Origin: Candidatus Hermodarchaeota archaeon
Lineage (GTDB): Archaea; Asgardarchaeota; Hermodarchaeia; Hermodarchaeales; Hermodarchaeaceae
DNA: 18,419 nucleotides
Assembly (NCBI GenBank): GCA_016840065.1
Contig: JAEOTB010000036.1
Location: 1-18,419 of the forward strand
Direction: 5' to 3'
Positions 15,353 through 18,419 of the stretch are shown in pieces. Each line of letters begins with the position of its first letter. Position 1 is the first letter of the stretch. Both the position numbers and the translations under genes were made by a program. The notes beneath the pieces are model-generated. The model made no database searches, was not told the origin of the DNA, and saw only the letters and a program-made list of their open reading frames with translations.

Positions 15353-15423
15353 ACAGGCGCGTAACAACACCGGCAAACACCGGTTAGGAACGCGTCTGTC
15401 TCTCCTCTTTTTTCCTATTTTTT
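15353..15423 (+). terminator. Stem-loop plus oligo-T terminator after the giant gene
   Basis: ACAGGCGCGT (15353-15362) pairs with ACGCGTCTGT (15390-15399, one G-U); upper stem ACCGG/CCGGT; then a pyrimidine tract with two T6 runs (15408-15413, 15418-15423). Confidence 0.65.
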
Positions 15424-15445
15424 ATATAGCATGCGTTAATGCTAT
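15421..15445 (+). promoter_or_regulatory. TATA box overlapped by an inverted-repeat operator candidate
   Basis: TTTATATA at 15421-15428 and ATAGCAT-N6-ATGCTAT at 15426-15445. No purine-rich BRE upstream, which weakens the call. Confidence 0.4.
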
Positions 15446-15494
15446 TAGGTGGATTCAGTAGCATACTTTCCTCTCAGGAGAAAAACTATTCACG

Positions 15495-16271
15495 GTGAAT
15501 TTGGAAATGCCAGGAGCGAACGAATCAGAAAGCAGATTATTGCTCAAACTCATTAAGGAGCGCCACGCCATCCGTGATTATGATACAAAAAGAATGGTAA
15601 GTGACGAGCTCCTCTATCAAATAATTGAAGCAGGTGGTTATGCCCCTAGCGCGGAAAACCAGCAACCTTGGCGGTTAATCATTGTTCGTGATCGCGCCAA
15701 ACAAAGGCGAATCGGTGAAATCGCCGTTGACCGTACCATCGAACTCTTCGGTCGTATCACTCCTCGACAGGAATTGGAACGCCGGCTTGATTACGTTCAG
15801 GCGATACCAAGCCGTGAACGAACCATCGACTGGCTGATTACAGGAAGGCGCTTCGAATACATCAAAGGTGAACCTGAGACTGACGGCGCCCCAATACTAC
15901 TGGTATTAGCTGTCGAGTCAACACATGTCGGTAATTCTCAACCCACACTCCGAGGAACTGGCGGTGTATATGGTTGGAGCAGCTATCGACACGCGGTCAT
16001 CGCTGGCAGCATGCTAATGGAAAACATGATGTTAGCCGCTACCGCCTTGGGGCTTGGGAGTTGTGTTTCCAGTGTCCAACTTGACCATTTTGACGATGTC
16101 CGCGAAATATCTGAGTTGCTGGGGATTCCACATCCTCACTGGGTCCCGATTCTATGTCTTGCCATCGGCTATGCGAAATACCCACGGACTCGTGGACCAC
16201 CACGACAAACACCTGAGGAAATCACATTCGTGGACAAATGGGGAGCGAACTGGCAACCAAAACGTGATTGA
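15495..16271 (+). CDS. Nitroreductase-family flavoprotein (FMN-binding)
   Basis: ERHAIRDY (RRSIR-like), APSAENQQPWRLIIV, ENMMLAATALGLGSC, LAIGY. Start GTG 15495 or ATG 15507. Confidence 0.9.
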   Translation: MNLEMPGANESESRLLLKLIKERHAIRDYDTKRMVSDELLYQIIEAGGYAPSAENQQPWRLIIVRDRAKQRRIGEIAVDRTIELFGRITPRQELERRLDYVQAIPSRERTIDWLITGRRFEYIKGEPETDGAPILLVLAVESTHVGNSQPTLRGTGGVYGWSSYRHAVIAGSMLMENMMLAATALGLGSCVSSVQLDHFDDVREISELLGIPHPHWVPILCLAIGYAKYPRTRGPPRQTPEEITFVDKWGANWQPKRD

Positions 16272-16288
16272 TGCGGGAGGATTAGAAG

Positions 16289-16813
16289 ATGAACTCATTA
16301 ACTACACTACAGAAATTCTTCACGAGTTGGATGGATCAACTTTGGTGGAGTATGCGTGATCGCGTCGGAGCATTATCGATGATTGAATGTTGGGTCGAAT
16401 CATGGCGGGCAGCGAGTATTGAAATCAGCAAATTAGCTCAGGTTGACGGTTTAACACCCCAAGAAACAGCAGAGAAGATCCTTGAGATGTTAGGTAAAAC
16501 CGTTCAGGTTCAGGGAAACACTATCCATATCACGAAATGCCCAATCTGGGACCGAATAAAAGAAAGAGGTCTAGAATACGCCTATCGCTGCGAAGAGTTC
16601 GCTTGTACACCATTACTACAAGCAACTGGAGCTTCTGAAGTATCGGTGGAAACCAGTTTACGCTTAATGCACTTAGAACGCGCAAGACTTGAGTACAAAA
16701 TTGCAAAGACCGGAAAGGCGGCAACAAGCGATTCTAAGGCAGAGCGTGAGAAACTCGAAAAAGAGTTGAAGCGGCTGCCCAAACAACCTCACTGCCTATT
16801 TAAAATAAAGTAA
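16289..16813 (+). CDS. Hypothetical protein, V4R/ATC-hydrolase/MetOD1-like Cys pattern with a coiled-coil insertion
   Basis: IHITKCPIW (C84), RCEEFAC (C101, C106) and terminal HCLFKI (C169); GGGAGG SD upstream. Confidence 0.65.
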   Translation: MNSLTTLQKFFTSWMDQLWWSMRDRVGALSMIECWVESWRAASIEISKLAQVDGLTPQETAEKILEMLGKTVQVQGNTIHITKCPIWDRIKERGLEYAYRCEEFACTPLLQATGASEVSVETSLRLMHLERARLEYKIAKTGKAATSDSKAEREKLEKELKRLPKQPHCLFKIK

Positions 16814-16834
16814 CACGGTATCAATTATAATCTG

Positions 16835-18232
16835 GTGCTAGGGATGTGCTCAAAGACGTCACATCAGGAGTTGACGGGTCTTTTCGCTCCCAAATCCATT
16901 GTACTAGTAGGTGCAAGCTCGAATCCCCAATCCTTGGGTTTTACTGTCGCCCGTGCTCTCCTCCAACAATTCGAAGGGCCAGTCTACTATCTAAGCCCAA
17001 CAGAAGCCAAGGTTTTAGGTTCTCCCACCTTTGCTAGAATTGAAGAAATCCCCCAAGGGCAACATCTCTGGATTTTCGCAGCAGTGACGAAGGATTTCCC
17101 AGTCCTTCTTCAGCAGATAGGTGAAAGAACCCCCGCGGCTCTAATGTTATTAATGGAAATTCCTAGTCATATCGAATCAGAAGCATTGAAGGTTCTTACG
17201 GGGATTAAATGCCCAATTATTGGTCCTCGGAGCGCTGGCTACCTTGATACAGCCACAATGCTCGACACAATAACACTTCCCAAAGATATGATTCAGCGGC
17301 CACCTTCAGGTGCCACAGGCGCCCTTACTGATAATCGGGATGTCGCATTCGGGTTACTAGAACTCCTGAGCAAATATCGGTGCGGTGTTTCTCAAGTAAT
17401 AGATCTTGGCGATGCTATTGGCGTCGATGAATCTGATGTGCTTTCCTACTTCGCTGGCAATCCAAGCACTCGGGTTATTCTGCTAGCAAGTGGGCAGATA
17501 GCAAGGCTGAGGAAATTCAAAACAGCTATTCGAAGCGCCAAACGTGCCAAGAAACCGATAATCGTTCCACAGTTCTCTGAGGAAATAGTCGGTATGCTCG
17601 GACTCCACCGACGAACTGACAATGGAGTATCTGATATCACAAAAGAGCTAGTTGATGAACTTGGGCTGATACAAACCAGTTCCTGGGGGAGAGCCGTGGA
17701 TTTAGCCAAGCTCTGTCAGTGGCAGCCTCTCCCAAAGGGTCCAGGCATAGCAGTCATCTCGAATTTCGGACCTTACTGTGTCAATGCTGCCAGTAGCCTT
17801 CAAGATTCCAAAATGAACGTGGCACATCTTGCTGCAGAAACCCTCCGTCAATTACAAGACAAACTCCCTCCGTATTGCAGGGCGAATAATCCCACCTGTC
17901 TTTACACCAATGCTGACGAAATCCGTCTCGACACTGCTCTACAAATCGTGTTTCCTGACCCATCCGTTCATACAGTAATGCTCTGCTTACTCCCCACTTC
18001 GCCGTTTATCGATTCAGATTATCTAGGTATAATGCTTCGCCAGCGCCTTGCTAGAATAAAAACTCCCAAAACGATGATTGGAGTCATCCCTGCAACCGAG
18101 CCTGACAATCTATTAGTCCAGTCTCTTGAGCAACTCCAAATCCCTGTCTATTCTAATCCTCATCGAGCGGTTAGCACGTTGGAAACAGCCTATAACTATG
18201 TCAGCTCTACACTAAAAACAAGGAGAAAATGA
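16835..18232 (+). CDS. ADP-forming acyl-CoA synthetase alpha-subunit homolog (CoA-binding plus ligase domains), highly divergent
   Basis: LFAPKSIVLVGASSNP..LG CoA-binding start, IIGP..G, KKPII, PLPKGPGIAVISN, LPP…NP, DPSVHTV, IPVY..P.RAV. Several catalytic motifs are altered. Start GTG 16835 or ATG 16844. Confidence 0.85.
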   Translation: MLGMCSKTSHQELTGLFAPKSIVLVGASSNPQSLGFTVARALLQQFEGPVYYLSPTEAKVLGSPTFARIEEIPQGQHLWIFAAVTKDFPVLLQQIGERTPAALMLLMEIPSHIESEALKVLTGIKCPIIGPRSAGYLDTATMLDTITLPKDMIQRPPSGATGALTDNRDVAFGLLELLSKYRCGVSQVIDLGDAIGVDESDVLSYFAGNPSTRVILLASGQIARLRKFKTAIRSAKRAKKPIIVPQFSEEIVGMLGLHRRTDNGVSDITKELVDELGLIQTSSWGRAVDLAKLCQWQPLPKGPGIAVISNFGPYCVNAASSLQDSKMNVAHLAAETLRQLQDKLPPYCRANNPTCLYTNADEIRLDTALQIVFPDPSVHTVMLCLLPTSPFIDSDYLGIMLRQRLARIKTPKTMIGVIPATEPDNLLVQSLEQLQIPVYSNPHRAVSTLETAYNYVSSTLKTRRK

Positions 18233-18234
18233 AA

Positions 18235-18419
18235 ATGTACAAAGCATACGTTTTGATTAAGGTCGTCCCACACGCAGAAGATAAAATCCTGAGAGAACTC
18301 AGCAAAGTTCCCGCAATCACCGAGGCACACAAGCTCTTCGGAGTTTATGACCTCATTGTTGAAATCGAAAGAAAGGGAATGCGAGAAATCATGGAAAGCG
18401 TTTCTCGGATTCGCAGCCT
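18235..18419 (+). CDS. Stand-alone Lrp/AsnC ligand-binding (RAM) domain protein, truncated by the window edge
   Basis: Not in the ORF track. Translates MYKAYVLIKVVPHAEDKILRELSKVPAITEAHKLFGVYDLIVEIE…IRS, with AYVLI and G-x-YDLIV signatures and no HTH. AGGAG at 18221-18225; an in-frame ATG at 18229 overlaps the upstream TGA. Confidence 0.88.
   Translation, partial: MYKAYVLIKVVPHAEDKILRELSKVPAITEAHKLFGVYDLIVEIERKGMREIMESVSRIRS

Noticed and set aside
15353-15399. SECIS-like hairpin (also considered for 5872-5897 and 6105-6146)
   Set aside because: No RUGA/GA core with a proper helix II and no GAA/A archaeal bulge; no upstream gene has an in-frame TGA at a Cys-equivalent position.
15495-16271. 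BluB (DMB synthase) assignment, tempting given the CbiR-like gene
   Set aside because: It lacks BluB-type RRDVR and APSVG motifs, and no cobalamin genes are adjacent.
16835-18232. Calling the ACD-alpha homolog a pseudogene
   Set aside because: The ORF is full length with no frameshift or internal stop and retains structural motifs through the C-terminus.

Overview
Gene-dense archaeal window. The evidence is a DUF35 pair, a KH-less beta-CASP RNase, an ADP-forming acyl-CoA synthetase-like subunit, a stand-alone Lrp/AsnC RAM domain, TATA-like boxes and a sequon-rich surface protein. By inference the source is probably an Asgard archaeon. The left half (1-8900) holds acyl-CoA/lipid catabolism genes (two DUF35 Zn-ribbon/OB-fold proteins, a thiolase, two crotonases, an MBL hydrolase, a small CxxC NifU-like protein) and three metallo-phosphoesterases (beta-CASP, PHP, CbiR-like TIM barrel). 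The centre (9089-15328) is a 2079-aa type-I membrane glycoprotein with a CBM-like N-terminal domain, about 11 Ig-like ~100-aa repeats, one TM helix and a ~190-aa cytoplasmic tail containing a duplicated 38-aa helical module. The right end (15495-end) is a co-directional cluster: nitroreductase, V4R-like Cys protein with a coiled-coil insert, a catalytically eroded ACD-alpha homolog and a stand-alone RAM domain, a candidate metabolite/redox-sensing module. Several intergenic leaders carry notable hairpins. No rRNA, canonical tRNA, CRISPR array or transposase was seen. All family calls come from motif recognition by eye; no database search was run.
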